Shown here: piece after piece, positions 18,513-28,495 of the stretch
Numbering within the stretch: position 1 is the stretch's first letter
Layout: each line of letters begins with the position of its first letter
DNA from: Alphaproteobacteria bacterium
GTDB lineage: Bacteria; Pseudomonadota; Alphaproteobacteria; UBA9655
Length of the DNA: 64,000 bases
Reading direction: 5' to 3'
Assembly (NCBI GenBank): GCA_013815465.1
Contig: JACDGE010000007.1
Location: 3,001 to 67,000 of the forward strand
Made by a program: the position numbers and the translations under genes
The notes under the pieces: model-generated
Seen by the model: only the letters and a program-made list of their open reading frames with translations
Database searches by the model: none
What the model was told of the DNA's origin: nothing

Positions 18513-21215
18513 TTAGTTCCCCCCCTCTCCATCTAACCGACCATGGCACTGTTTGTACCGCTTCCCAGAACCACAAGGGCAGGGGGCATTGCGCGGTGTA
18601 TTCGCCCAATTTTCTGCCCCAACAAGTTGTTGTTCTTCGATCTGCTCTCCTGGATCGAAAGGATCTTCATGGAAGTGGAGGGTCATTTCCTGATCTGATT
18701 CTTGGTTAAAAACGTCTGCAGTGAATTGTTCAGGCGAAGCGCCCCCCAATTGAAGATGACACAAGACACCTGTAACACTCTCCCGTAAACGACCAAGCAT
18801 GCCTTGAAACATTTCAAAGGCTTCATTTTTATATTCATTGAGAGGATCACGTTGACCGTAGGCCCTGAGATTAATCCCTTGCCGCAAGTGATCGAGGGAA
18901 AGCAAATGGTCTTTCCATTGTTGATCTAGCATTCGCAGAAGGAAGGATTTTTCAGCCATACGCATCATTTCAGCGCCATACGCATTTTCTTTGCTGTCCA
19001 TAAGCTCTTCAATAGCCTGGTGAATACGAAGTTTAATTTCCGCATCTGCAATGCCTTCCTCATCGGCCCAATCTTTAATAGGCAAGTTAAGACCAAAGAT
19101 TCGTAAACACTCTTCATGGAGGGCACCTGTCTCCCACTGGTCGGCATAGGCATTTTCTGGAATAAAGCGTAAGACGAGTTCGTCAGTCAGCTCTTCCCGC
19201 ATGCCACTCACGAATTCATAGACATCCGCAACTTCCATGATTTCACGCCTTTGTTCATAAATAACCTTGCGTTGATCATTCATAACGTCATCATATTTTA
19301 AGAGCTGTTTCCGAATATCGAAGTTGCGCGCTTCAACTTTTTGTTGGGCTTTTTCAAGGGCTCGATTAATCCATGGATGGATGATGGCTTCACCTTCCTG
19401 GAGTCCCAATTTCTGCAGCCAACTATCAAGACGCTCTGTGCCAAAAATACGCATGAGATCATCTTCAAGAGACAAGAAAAATTTGGAGCCCCCCGGATCG
19501 CCTTGACGCCCGGATCTGCCGCGCAGCTGATTATCTATACGGCGGCTTTCATGGCGTTCAGTTCCAATAACCAAAAGGCCGCCCGCAAGTTTCGCAATTT
19601 CTGCATTTTTTTCAACTTCCTCACCAATTTCCTTTGTCCGCTTTTCAAGCAGTTTCGGATCCGTTATGTCGGCTGTTTCTTCCGCAATGCGCATCTCCAG
19701 GTTACCACCCAACTTAATATCCGTTCCACGACCAGCCATATTTGTCGCAATCGTGACAGCACCAGGAACGCCGGCTTCAGCGATAATTTTGGCTTCTTTT
19801 TCGTGAAACTTTGCATTGAGAACGTTATGGGGAACATTTTTCTTCTTCAAAAGATCTGCAAGGACTTCAGATTTTTCAATACTAACTGTTCCGACGAGAA
19901 CAGGTTGTTGCCGTTCTCTTGCTTCTTCGATTAACTTAAGGATGGCTTTATATTTTTCCGTTTCTGTCCGATAAACTTCATCATCCATGTCTTTCCGAAT
20001 GACGGGTCTATTTGTTGGAACCTCAAGAACTTCGAGCTTGTAAATATCTGAAAATTCAGCGGCTTCTGTCATCGCTGTTCCGGTCATGCCTGCAAGCTTG
20101 GGATAAAGTCGGAAATAATTCTGAAAGGTGATTGAGGCAAGAGTTTGGTTTTCATTTTCGATCTCCACCCCTTCCTTGGCTTCCAGGGCTTGATGCAATC
20201 CTTCTGAGTATCGCCGGCCTTCCATAGCACGTCCCGTAAACTCGTCAATGATCATGACTTTGCCTTCCTTGATCATATAATCTTTATCTCGGGAAAACAG
20301 TTGGTGGGCCTTTAGGGCTTGGTTCACATGGTGAACAACGGCTGTGTTTTGAATATCATAAAGCGCATTTCCACCCAGAAGATTGGCGTCCTTTAAAATC
20401 TGCTCCATATGCTCCGTACCTTGCTCTGTGAGCGTTACAGCACGGGCCTTTTCATCTTTTTCATAATCTTCCGGAAGAAGTTGCGGAATGAGTGCGTCAA
20501 TGCTTGTATAAAGCTCGGAAGAATCCTCTGCAGGACCGGAGATAATCAATGGCGTGCGGGCTTCGTCAATGAGGATGCTGTCTACCTCATCCACAATTCC
20601 ATAGTTAAAGGGTCGTTGAACCATTTCATCTAAACGGAACTTCATATTATCCCGCAAATAATCAAAACCCAGCTCGTTATTCGTGGCATAAGTTATGTCA
20701 GCTTTATAAGCTGCTTGTCGCTCATGATCATCAAGCTCATGAACGATGCAGTCTACGGTGAGACCTAAAAATCTATAAATCTTGCCCATCCATTCGGAGT
20801 CACGCTTTGCGAGGTAGTCATTAACCGTTACCACATGAACGCCTTTGCCTTCCAACGCATTGAGATAAACAGGAAGGGTTGCGACAAGGGTTTTACCTTC
20901 ACCCGTTTTCATTTCCGTAATCATTCCCCGGTGGAGGATGATCCCGCCCTTTAACTGGACATCAAAGTGACGCATGCCAAGGGAGCGTTTTGCAGCTTCT
21001 CTTACAACGGCGAAGGCTTCAACAAGCAAGTCATCAAGGGGCGTACCACTTTGAAGACGACCGCGAAATTCTTCCGTTTTATTGCGTAGCTGTTCATCTG
21101 TTAACGCTGAAATTTGCTCTTCATAAGCATTAATTTGCGTAACAGTATGCTCCAACCCCTTGATATACCGATCATTGGCTGAACCAAAAACTTTCCGAAA
21201 AAGCGTTGTAAACAT
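18513..21215 (-). CDS. secA: Preprotein translocase ATPase SecA
   Basis: 900 aa. [10 protein letters not shown] Walker A, the [23 protein letters not shown]-like motif, and the C-terminal zinc motif [14 protein letters not shown]. Confidence 0.97.
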   Translation of the reverse strand: MFTTLFRKVFGSANDRYIKGLEHTVTQINAYEEQISALTDEQLRNKTEEFRGRLQSGTPLDDLLVEAFAVVREAAKRSLGMRHFDVQLKGGIILHRGMITEMKTGEGKTLVATLPVYLNALEGKGVHVVTVNDYLAKRDSEWMGKIYRFLGLTVDCIVHELDDHERQAAYKADITYATNNELGFDYLRDNMKFRLDEMVQRPFNYGIVDEVDSILIDEARTPLIISGPAEDSSELYTSIDALIPQLLPEDYEKDEKARAVTLTEQGTEHMEQILKDANLLGGNALYDIQNTAVVHHVNQALKAHQLFSRDKDYMIKEGKVMIIDEFTGRAMEGRRYSEGLHQALEAKEGVEIENENQTLASITFQNYFRLYPKLAGMTGTAMTEAAEFSDIYKLEVLEVPTNRPVIRKDMDDEVYRTETEKYKAILKLIEEARERQQPVLVGTVSIEKSEVLADLLKKKNVPHNVLNAKFHEKEAKIIAEAGVPGAVTIATNMAGRGTDIKLGGNLEMRIAEETADITDPKLLEKRTKEIGEEVEKNAEIAKLAGGLLVIGTERHESRRIDNQLRGRSGRQGDPGGSKFFLSLEDDLMRIFGTERLDSWLQKLGLQEGEAIIHPWINRALEKAQQKVEARNFDIRKQLLKYDDVMNDQRKVIYEQRREIMEVADVYEFVSGMREELTDELVLRFIPENAYADQWETGALHEECLRIFGLNLPIKDWADEEGIADAEIKLRIHQAIEELMDSKENAYGAEMMRMAEKSFLLRMLDQQWKDHLLSLDHLRQGINLRAYGQRDPLNEYKNEAFEMFQGMLGRLRESVTGVLCHLQLGGASPEQFTADVFNQESDQEMTLHFHEDPFDPGEQIEEQQLVGAENWANTPRNAPCPCGSGKRYKQCHGRLDGEGGN

Positions 21216-21379
21216 GGATCCTCTTTCAATATATATATGTATCTAGAATAGCATACACCCAATGAGGGTAAAATGACCAGAGTTTCCTCAAAATACGGAT
21301 TCGGAGACAAAACTTCCAAGACTATGTTTAAAAAACTCAGGACTTGCAGCGCCATAAATTAAGGTTTATATATAGAGTG

Positions 21380-21469
21380 TGCCCAAAGGATTTCAAGAAT
21401 TCGGGCTGGCGCCCAAGCGGCTAGCCCGCAAGGCAACGCCGCCGACCCCTGAAAGCCGAAGTGCAGGTA
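21380..21469 (+). mobile_element. MITE-like repeat, copy c (short type I variant)
   Basis: TGCCCAAAGGATTTCAAGAATTCGGGCTGGCGCCCAAGCGGC...CCCGCAAGGCAACGCC...CCTGAAAGCCGAAGTGCAGG-TA. It lacks the central GAGCGTATTCTTATACGTG block. Confidence 0.55.
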
Positions 21470-21488
21470 GAAAAAGGAGTAACCTTCT

Positions 21489-22199
21489 ATGAATGATCGT
21501 TCGAAAAATAAAACAATTTTAGGTGTGGAAAGAAAAGCACTTGCTTACAGTGAAGGTCTTCGCACCTATATGCTGAGTGTTTACAACTATATGGCTCTTG
21601 GGTTGGGATTGACCGGTGGGGTGGCCCTACTCGTTGTTTCATCTCCCGCATTGTTGAATGCCATCATGCCGATGATGATACTGTTTATCATTGCGCCTGT
21701 CGCGCTGGTGTTCTTTATGAGCTTTAAAATTAACACGATGAAATATTCCACAGCTCAAGCTGTCTTTTGGCTCTATGCGTCGTTGAATGGTGTGGCTTTT
21801 TCTGTCATTTTCCTTCAATACACGTATGAAAGCATTGGCCGGGTCTTTTTCATCACCGCCGGTATGTTTGCTGCGATGAGCCTCTATGGATATATGACGA
21901 AGCGGGATTTAACCGCTATGGGATCCTTCCTCTTTATGGGGCTTATCGGGCTTATTACTGCTTCTATTGTGGGTATTTTTTGGCATAGCACCATGCTTCA
22001 ATTTCTCATTTCTGTTGCGGGTGTGCTAATTTTCACAGGCCTCACAGCCTATGATACTCAATCCATTAAGGAAGCTTACACCGAGGGTAGCTCGTCAGAA
22101 GTTGCTGGCAAACGCGCCATCTTTGGTGCGTTGCAGCTGTACTTAGACTTCATCAACCTGTTCTTGATGATGTTGCGCCTGATGGGTGACAGAAGGTAG
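21489..22199 (+). CDS. Bax inhibitor-1/YccA family membrane protein
   Basis: 236 aa with about 7 TM segments. The N-terminal GLRTYMLSVYNYMALGLGLTG and the C-terminal LQLYLDFINLFLMMLRLMG are typical of the family. Confidence 0.8.
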   Translation: MNDRSKNKTILGVERKALAYSEGLRTYMLSVYNYMALGLGLTGGVALLVVSSPALLNAIMPMMILFIIAPVALVFFMSFKINTMKYSTAQAVFWLYASLNGVAFSVIFLQYTYESIGRVFFITAGMFAAMSLYGYMTKRDLTAMGSFLFMGLIGLITASIVGIFWHSTMLQFLISVAGVLIFTGLTAYDTQSIKEAYTEGSSSEVAGKRAIFGALQLYLDFINLFLMMLRLMGDRR

Positions 22200-22214
22200 G
22201 CTCTCAAAAAGGAT

Positions 22215-22296
22215 CGTCATTGCGAAGGGCTTTGGCTCCGAAGTAATCCACAAAGCTACAAAAAGACTGGATGGCTTTATTCCGCGCGTAATGACG
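22215..22296. repeat. Palindrome-ended intergenic repeat (CGTCATTGCG...CGTAATGACG)
   Basis: The termini CGTCATTGCG (22215-22224) and CGTAATGACG (22287-22296) are complementary at 9 of 10 positions. The internal CTTTGGCTCCG block recurs next to CGCAATGACG at 13573-13594. Confidence 0.5.
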
Positions 22297-22314
22297 CACT
22301 TGAAAAGGTATAAG

Positions 22315-22345
22315 AAAAAAGCCCCCGAGCTGGGGGCTTTTTTTA
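22315..22345. terminator. Bidirectional rho-independent terminator between convergent genes
   Basis: AAAAAA-GCCCCC-GAGCT-GGGGGC-TTTTTTT: a GC stem flanked by an A-run and a T-run. Confidence 0.65.
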
Positions 22346-22410
22346 TTTGCGCCAAAATAGCGGCTTTGTCACGGGCCGTTATTTCTATTCAACCACCATC
22401 ACCCGCAAAC

Positions 22411-23700
22411 CTAAACAATCACCTTCTTCTTGGCCGACTTAGCCCGCTCCCGCAATTCGATATCGATATAGCGGTCAGTAATGGCACTCGAACTATGCCC
22501 CGCATCGTCCCGTACGTGCTCCCGAGGGCGATGTTTCACATCTTCCGATATGCCAGTGTGCCTCAACCAGTGTACGGTGGCTACGCGCAGGGCAACGGCT
22601 TCCTCGTGGTTCCCTTGTTTTTCCAAATGACTTGCTGCCTGATCGAAACACTCTTGCACAAGCACACGAATGGGTCTGACGCTCGTCATCGGTTTATGAG
22701 GGTTTTTCAAATGGGAGATCAGAGGGGTTTGTTCATTGGGCATGGGTGTTGGCGGAAGCCTCAGATGGGTTTCTCGGTAATGCCTTAAAGCTGATAACAT
22801 GGCGTCGCTGACAGCAATTTGACGCTCTTTGTTGCCCTTGCCAACTGTCTTAAACCACCAATTATTTTCAGAATCTTTAAAGAAATCCCCCATGGTGGGC
22901 ATCCAACGGGAATTTTCCACGAGTTCAGAAATACGCAAGTACATCCCATAGAGGCAAGAGAGGATAAAGACGGTGCGCTCATGGTGACGATCGCGCTGCG
23001 CCTGCTCTTTGGCAAGATGAATAACCGTTTCCCATTGTTGGTTGGAAAGTCGGCGCACGATTTGTGTTTTCGTTTGCTTGCGAATAAATTTGCTTTTTTG
23101 ACGAATAAGAACAATGGGATTCGCCTGGACATTCCCTTCTTGGAGCAGAAAATTATAAAAGCTGCTCAAAATTCCAAACATAACTTTCAGGGCGGGTTGA
23201 GAGAACTGATAGGTTGCTTTATTGAGTTCTAATCCGTCTTTGTGATCCTTTTTTGTGAGATGGGCCTCAAACGGGCGCCACTCAGGGTTGGGATAGGACA
23301 CACCATCCAATTTCTTGAATCGAGTGGCCTTTTTTAAACCAATCCAACTTTTAGGCGGCTTAAGGCAAAATTCGATGAAGGATTCAATGTCCTCTCGTTT
23401 ATGGTCTAAGATGGATTTTTTTTGTACAAACCAGCTCCACTGGAGGAAACGTTCCATTTCTCGCCGGTAGGCCGAAAACGTATCTGCACTACCACGGTAG
23501 CTATAGAGAAAGTTCAAAGCCATCTTATAGTCGGGAACAGCAAATAGGGGAGGTGAAATTTTTTTAGGTGGAAAACACCGCGTCAGCCATTGTTCAATAA
23601 CCAGATGGGGATTTGCATGGGCATACACGGCTTTATATTGCGCCATAACTTCGTCAAGGGTATTAAAGATAGGGGTGGGGACATAAAATTTATTGGTCAT
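22411..23700 (-). CDS. Tyrosine-type site-specific recombinase/integrase (not XerC/XerD-like in length)
   Basis: 429 aa. GMYLRISELV (catalytic Arg region), GKGNKERQIAV, HWLRHTG (H-x-x-R), and GHSSSAITDRYI (His and the Tyr nucleophile). Confidence 0.8.
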   Translation of the reverse strand: MTNKFYVPTPIFNTLDEVMAQYKAVYAHANPHLVIEQWLTRCFPPKKISPPLFAVPDYKMALNFLYSYRGSADTFSAYRREMERFLQWSWFVQKKSILDHKREDIESFIEFCLKPPKSWIGLKKATRFKKLDGVSYPNPEWRPFEAHLTKKDHKDGLELNKATYQFSQPALKVMFGILSSFYNFLLQEGNVQANPIVLIRQKSKFIRKQTKTQIVRRLSNQQWETVIHLAKEQAQRDRHHERTVFILSCLYGMYLRISELVENSRWMPTMGDFFKDSENNWWFKTVGKGNKERQIAVSDAMLSALRHYRETHLRLPPTPMPNEQTPLISHLKNPHKPMTSVRPIRVLVQECFDQAASHLEKQGNHEEAVALRVATVHWLRHTGISEDVKHRPREHVRDDAGHSSSAITDRYIDIELRERAKSAKKKVIV

Positions 23701-23823
23701 ATCTGAGAGGATTTCCTGCGAAGTTATGAAGGGATTTTATCTAGCTTTAGAAAGGTAAGCAATGGGGTGTGGTTTTGTCTCCCCCTTGACACTCCCTAAA
23801 GATCCTCTTACCCTCTAAGAACC

Positions 23824-24135
23824 ATGTCCGATGATCCTAAACTCGACAAATTAAAGCGTCAGATTGAAAAAGCCCAAGCAGAGGCTGAACCCATTCGCGT
23901 AAAAGAAAATGAACCTCTCAACAAGCTGGGGAAGTTCTTTAATGTGGGTGTGGAGCTTGTGTCAGGGGTTTTTGTGGGAGTGGGCTGCGGTCTTCTGATT
24001 GATTGGGCCTGTGGCACATCCCCGTGGGGGCTGATTTCCCTGTTTATCCTTGGGTCAATTGCTGGTATGCTGAATGTCTATCGGGCATTAACAACCAAGG
24101 GCCAGCCGGGCACAAAAAAGGATACTCATGTCTGA
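23824..24135 (+). CDS. atpI: AtpI/AtpZ-like F0 assembly protein
   Basis: 103 aa with two TM helices (VELVSGVFVGVGCGLLIDW, LISLFILGSIAGMLNVY), at the head of the F0 operon. Confidence 0.6.
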   Translation: MSDDPKLDKLKRQIEKAQAEAEPIRVKENEPLNKLGKFFNVGVELVSGVFVGVGCGLLIDWACGTSPWGLISLFILGSIAGMLNVYRALTTKGQPGTKKDTHV

Positions 24136-24850
24136 CCCCCTCCATCAATTTGAAATTCATACCCTTTTCCCTTTAACGATTAAGGGTATCGATATTTCAT
24201 TTACCAATGCCTCTCTGTTTATGGTTATCGCTGTTGTAGCCACAACCGTTTTTTTAGGGGGGGGGTTAAGCCGCTCTCGAATGATTCCAGGGCCCTGGCA
24301 GTCTATGGTTGAACTAGTTTACAGTTTTGTTTCGAATATTTTAGATGAGACCATGGGAGAGAAGGGGCGAAAATACTTTCCATTTATTTTTACAATTTTT
24401 ATGTTTATTTTCATGGGAAATGTTATTGGAATGATACCGTATACGTATACTTTTACAAGTCAAATTATTGTAACCTTTGGTCTTGCCATGATCGTTTTTG
24501 GAATGGCAACCGTGGTAGGGTTTATACATCATGGTTTCCATTATTTTACTCTTTTTGTTCCGAAAGGCGCCCCTATTTATATGCTGCCGCTTATCGTTCC
24601 CATTGAAATTTTATCCTACCTTTCGCGCCCGGTTAGCTTGTCTGTGCGACTTTTTGCGAATATGATGGCAGGGCATACGATGTTAAAGGTTTTTGCGGGG
24701 TTTACGGTTACTTTAGGCCTATTTGGAATCGCCCCCCTTTCCGTGAATGTCATGCTTATTGCCTTCGAAATACTAGTTGCAGTTTTGCAGGCCTATGTGT
24801 TTACAATACTCACTTGTATTTATTTTCAAGATTCCATCCACTTACATTAA
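24128..24850 (+). CDS. atpB: ATP synthase F0 subunit a
   Basis: 240 aa. LSVRLFANMMAGH (essential Arg motif), polytopic. Confidence 0.92.
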   Translation: MSDPLHQFEIHTLFPLTIKGIDISFTNASLFMVIAVVATTVFLGGGLSRSRMIPGPWQSMVELVYSFVSNILDETMGEKGRKYFPFIFTIFMFIFMGNVIGMIPYTYTFTSQIIVTFGLAMIVFGMATVVGFIHHGFHYFTLFVPKGAPIYMLPLIVPIEILSYLSRPVSLSVRLFANMMAGHTMLKVFAGFTVTLGLFGIAPLSVNVMLIAFEILVAVLQAYVFTILTCIYFQDSIHLH

Positions 24851-24865
24851 AAAAAGGAGAATATT

Positions 24866-25090
24866 ATGGACGTTGAAGCAGCACGAATGATTGGAGCAGG
24901 TCTTGCAGTTTTCGCCCTGGCTGGGGTTGGGTTAGGTATCGGGCTCATTTTTTCCTCCCTGATTAGCGCTATTGCCCGCAACCCCTCAGCTCAGGAGAAA
25001 ATTTTTCCGATCGGTATTTTGGGGTTTGCGCTCACAGAAGCGGTTGCGCTTTTTGCTCTGCTGATTGCCTTTTTGATTTTATTCAAATAA
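24866..25090 (+). CDS. atpE: ATP synthase F0 subunit c
   Basis: 74 aa hairpin. ARNP loop and the carboxylate in [13 protein letters not shown]. Confidence 0.92.
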   Translation: MDVEAARMIGAGLAVFALAGVGLGIGLIFSSLISAIARNPSAQEKIFPIGILGFALTEAVALFALLIAFLILFK

Positions 25091-25112
25091 ATAGGATAAG
25101 GGGTTATTTCCC

Positions 25113-25589
25113 ATGCCTCAACTCGATACCACCACCTTTCCCTCCCAGCTTTTTTGGCTGGGAGTCTGTTTTCTTGTTCTGTATTGGATTCTATCCTACT
25201 TTCTAATCCCAAAAATGGTGGGTGTTTTAGAAAAGCGTGAAACGATGCGTGAAGAAAAAATCAATCTTGCGAGTGCATACCGGGAACAAGCTGAGGGTCT
25301 TCTTATGGCCTATGAAAAAACCCTTGTTCAAGCCCGCAAAGACGCTCACTTAAACTATCAACTTATTGTCAATGAAACGGTTCAACAAATGGCAGAGAAA
25401 AAAAAGGAGATGCTTGAGAAGTTCCAGGACCGGCTCCACATTGCAGAGCAGGCTCTTTATCGAGAACGGGCGAAAGTGAGTTCTGAGATGCCGGCTGTCG
25501 CTCAAGATATAGCAGGAGATATTTTACAGAAATTAACCCACCATACTTATCCTGCTGATCAGCTGGTTGTGAAAAAGGATAGAGAATAA
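25113..25589 (+). CDS. atpF2: ATP synthase F0 subunit b'
   Basis: 158 aa with an N-terminal TM helix and a long charged helix. It is the first of two b-type genes, as in alphaproteobacterial F0 operons. Confidence 0.75.
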   Translation: MPQLDTTTFPSQLFWLGVCFLVLYWILSYFLIPKMVGVLEKRETMREEKINLASAYREQAEGLLMAYEKTLVQARKDAHLNYQLIVNETVQQMAEKKKEMLEKFQDRLHIAEQALYRERAKVSSEMPAVAQDIAGDILQKLTHHTYPADQLVVKKDRE

Positions 25590-26086
25590 TGTTTTCAACG
25601 CCTGATTTCTGGGTCTTTGTCGCTTTTGTTCTGTTCCTCGGCTTCTTTGGAAAAAGGGCTATGGTTTTTTTGGCCCAACACCTGGACCAACACCGTCAAA
25701 AAATAGCTCAACAATTAGAAGAAGCCCAACATTTACACGATGAAGCTTTAAGTCTCTTAAATTCATACAAAAAAAAACATGAAGACGCTGTCGAGCAAGC
25801 AAACCAGATTATGGCCCGTGCTGAAAGGGAAGCTTTAGCATTTCAAAAATCGAGTGAAATCGAGTTTCAAAAATTACTAGCACAAAAAGAAAAGGCCCTT
25901 TTAGACCGTATCGCTATGGATACAGAAGCCACAACAACGAAGTTAAGAAATCAAGTGGTTGATGAGGCGTTTGCCATTGTAGAAAACCTTCTCTCCAAAG
26001 ATCTGAAAGAAAGGGGAATATTGACGAAAACGTCTTTGAGGGAAATTTCCGGTCTGGTCCTTAAGGCGAAGACGGAGAGAAATTAG
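25589..26086 (+). CDS. atpF: ATP synthase F0 subunit b
   Basis: 165 aa with an N-terminal TM helix (FWVFVAFVLFLGFF) and a long charged helix. Confidence 0.8.
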   Translation: MFSTPDFWVFVAFVLFLGFFGKRAMVFLAQHLDQHRQKIAQQLEEAQHLHDEALSLLNSYKKKHEDAVEQANQIMARAEREALAFQKSSEIEFQKLLAQKEKALLDRIAMDTEATTTKLRNQVVDEAFAIVENLLSKDLKERGILTKTSLREISGLVLKAKTERN

Positions 26087-26169
26087 AAGCAATTTGGTGG
26101 GCTCCCCCTAAATAAACCATTTGCTGGAAACACCCTCTGCTTATATGATACCTTCCTAAACAATGGAGG

Positions 26170-27423
26170 ATGGGTGTGTTTTCAAGCTTTGAAAGATGGG
26201 TGGCCTTTCGGTATTTAAGAGCGCGGCGGCAAGAAGGATTTATCTCTGTGACGGCCTGGTTTTCTTTTCTGGGGATTGGCTTAGGCGTGGCAGCCCTTAT
26301 TATTGTCATGTCCGTCATGAATGGCTTCCGCCATGATTTGATTGAGCGCATCATTGGGATGAATGGCCATATGGCGATTTATAGCAATACAAACTCTCTC
26401 ACCAATTTTGACCCGCTCACTGAAGAAATCAAAAAGCTTCCTGGAATGACGGGAGCTAATCCCATTGTGGAAGGTCAAGCTATGGCTATGGCGGGAGGAA
26501 ATACGACAGGCGTTATGGTGCACGGCATGCGTGCACAGGACCTGGAGGCTCGGAAAAGCCTCACCGATCATTTTATTGCTGGGAGTATGCGTTTGTTTGA
26601 TCGCCCCAATGGGGCCATTATCGGCAAGCGTTTGGCAGAAAAGTTGGGTCTGATTTTGGGGGATAAAATCACGCTTGTGGCCCCTGAGGGGAATGCAACC
26701 GCCTTTGGGACCATGCCTCGCACCCGGACCTTTGAGATCGCTGCTATTTTTGATGCAGGCATGATTCAGTATGATTCTACCTTTATCTTTCTCCCCCTGA
26801 GCTCTGCTCAAAAGTTTTTTCAATTAGGGGAGGGGGTTACAGGCATTGAAATCTTTACAGAACATCCTGAAAAACTTGATATGTATAAGGATGAGATTCT
26901 TCCCCTTATGGCGGGCAAGAACTGTCGCCTTTTTGACTGGCAGCAAGCCAATAAAGAATTCTTTAGCACGATCAAAGTTGAACGCAATGTGATGTTTGTT
27001 ATCTTGACCCTTATTATTTTGGTGGCGTCCTTTAATGTGATTTCAACCCTCATTATGATGGTAAAAGATAAGGGGCGGGATATTGCCATTTTACGAACCA
27101 TGGGAGCTACCCAAGGCATGATTATGCGGATCTTTTTTATTGCGGGTTCTTCTATTGGGGCTTGTGGGGCTCTTGTAGGAACGGTGGGGGGGCTTTTGTT
27201 TTCCTGGAATATTGATAGCATCCGCAAGTGGATTGAATCTTTTTCAGGGACTGAACTCTTTCGGGCTGAAGTCTATTTCCTCTCAAAACTTCCTGCTCTC
27301 GTTGACCCCAATGAAGTCTTCCTTGTGGTGACCATTTCCCTTGTCCTCACTTTTCTGGCATCATTGTATCCGGCATGGCGGGCGTCCCGCCTAGACCCGG
27401 TGGAGGCTCTTCGCTATGAATAA
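26170..27423 (+). CDS. lolC: Lipoprotein-releasing ABC transporter permease (LolC/LolE family)
   Basis: 417 aa. FERWVAFRYLRARR N-terminus, MacB-like periplasmic domain, and FtsX-type C-terminal TMs. The start could be GTG at 26176. Confidence 0.85.
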   Translation: MGVFSSFERWVAFRYLRARRQEGFISVTAWFSFLGIGLGVAALIIVMSVMNGFRHDLIERIIGMNGHMAIYSNTNSLTNFDPLTEEIKKLPGMTGANPIVEGQAMAMAGGNTTGVMVHGMRAQDLEARKSLTDHFIAGSMRLFDRPNGAIIGKRLAEKLGLILGDKITLVAPEGNATAFGTMPRTRTFEIAAIFDAGMIQYDSTFIFLPLSSAQKFFQLGEGVTGIEIFTEHPEKLDMYKDEILPLMAGKNCRLFDWQQANKEFFSTIKVERNVMFVILTLIILVASFNVISTLIMMVKDKGRDIAILRTMGATQGMIMRIFFIAGSSIGACGALVGTVGGLLFSWNIDSIRKWIESFSGTELFRAEVYFLSKLPALVDPNEVFLVVTISLVLTFLASLYPAWRASRLDPVEALRYE

Positions 27424-28096
27424 TCCTGTTCTTTCCTTAAAAAATCTGAAACGAACCTTCCATCAAGGCCCCGCTACCCTACAGGTTTTGCGGGGAATTA
27501 CCTTGGATCTTTATCCCGGTGAGATCGTGGCTCTTGTGGGGCCGTCTGGATCGGGTAAATCCACGTTGCTCCAGACCGCAGGCCTTCTTGAAAAAGCGGA
27601 TGGAGGAGAGGTTGTTATTGATGGAAAAGTGTGTTCCTCTCTTAACGATGCTACCCGCACCAAAATCCGTCGAGATGTTTTGGGCTTCGTTTACCAATTC
27701 CATCATCTCTTGCCCGAGTTCGATGCGGAAGAAAATATTATTTTGCCCCAAATGATCGGAGGAAAATCTTTTCATGAGGCCCGCATTCGAGCGCGAGATT
27801 TGTTAAAGGAAGTGGGAATTTTGGAGAGAGCGACTCACCGCCCTGCACGCCTCTCTGGAGGAGAGCAACAGCGGGTTGCGATTGTCAGAGCCCTTGCCAA
27901 TCGTCCTAAAATTCTTCTTGCGGACGAGCCAACGGGTAATCTTGATGAGCATACGGCAGCAAGCGTTTTTGAAAAGCTGACCCAACTGGTGCGCAAAGAA
28001 AATCTCTCCGCTCTCATTGCGACCCATAATATGGACCTCGCCAAACAGATGGATCGCATCTTTACGCTCCATGAGGGGCAGCTTTTAATTCAGTAG
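27416..28096 (+). CDS. lolD: Lipoprotein-releasing ABC transporter ATP-binding protein
   Basis: 226 aa. GPSGSGKST Walker A, LSGGEQQRVAIVRAL signature, and ILLADEPTGNLD Walker B. Confidence 0.9.
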   Translation: MNNPVLSLKNLKRTFHQGPATLQVLRGITLDLYPGEIVALVGPSGSGKSTLLQTAGLLEKADGGEVVIDGKVCSSLNDATRTKIRRDVLGFVYQFHHLLPEFDAEENIILPQMIGGKSFHEARIRARDLLKEVGILERATHRPARLSGGEQQRVAIVRALANRPKILLADEPTGNLDEHTAASVFEKLTQLVRKENLSALIATHNMDLAKQMDRIFTLHEGQLLIQ

Positions 28097-28190
28097 GGAA
28101 AGGCGTGTGACAGGGGGCTAATTTCAAACAAACACAATTTCTGATTGACAACTTGCTCTAGATCTCTTATTTCCTGAATAGTGTTTGTAT

Positions 28191-28276
28191 GGAGGGATGG
28201 CCGAGCGGTCAAAGGCAGCAGACTGTAAATCTGCCGACGAACGTCTACGCAGGTTCGAATCCTGCTCCCTCCACCA
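28191..28276 (+). tRNA. tRNA-Tyr (GTA), class II with long variable arm, CCA encoded
   Basis: Acceptor GGAGGGA/TCCCTCC, anticodon arm GCAGA-CTGTAAA-TCTGC, T arm GCAGG-TTCGAAT-CCTGC, folded by hand. Confidence 0.9.
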
Positions 28277-28287
28277 CAGCACACGTA

Positions 28288-28392
28288 TACCCAAAGGATT
28301 TCAAGGCTTGTTCCCGTCCTCGCAAAAGCGGGGAACACGGTGAACAGGGCGGGCGCTACCGCAACGCCTCTCACACTTGAAAGACTCAGGGG
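28288..28392 (+). mobile_element. MITE-like repeat, copy d (type II core)
   Basis: TA-CCCAAAGGATTTCAAGGCTTGTTCCCGTCCTCGCAAAAGCGGGGAAC...CTTGAAAGACTCAGGGG. It fills almost the whole tRNA-Tyr/tRNA-Gly spacer. Confidence 0.65.
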
Positions 28393-28399
28393 ATTTTGA

Positions 28400-28473
<74 letters not shown>

Positions 28474-28495
28474 TGAATTTGATGAGGATAGAATT

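Noticed and set aside
23705-23809. Short inverted repeat GAGAGGAT / ATCCTCT bracketing the putative atp operon promoter next to the tyrosine recombinase gene (a fimS-like invertible switch idea)
   Set aside because: The arms are only 7-8 nt with a mismatch, which is expected by chance in 100 bp. Phase-variable control of the F0 ATP synthase is biologically implausible, and nothing in a single sequence shows an alternative orientation.
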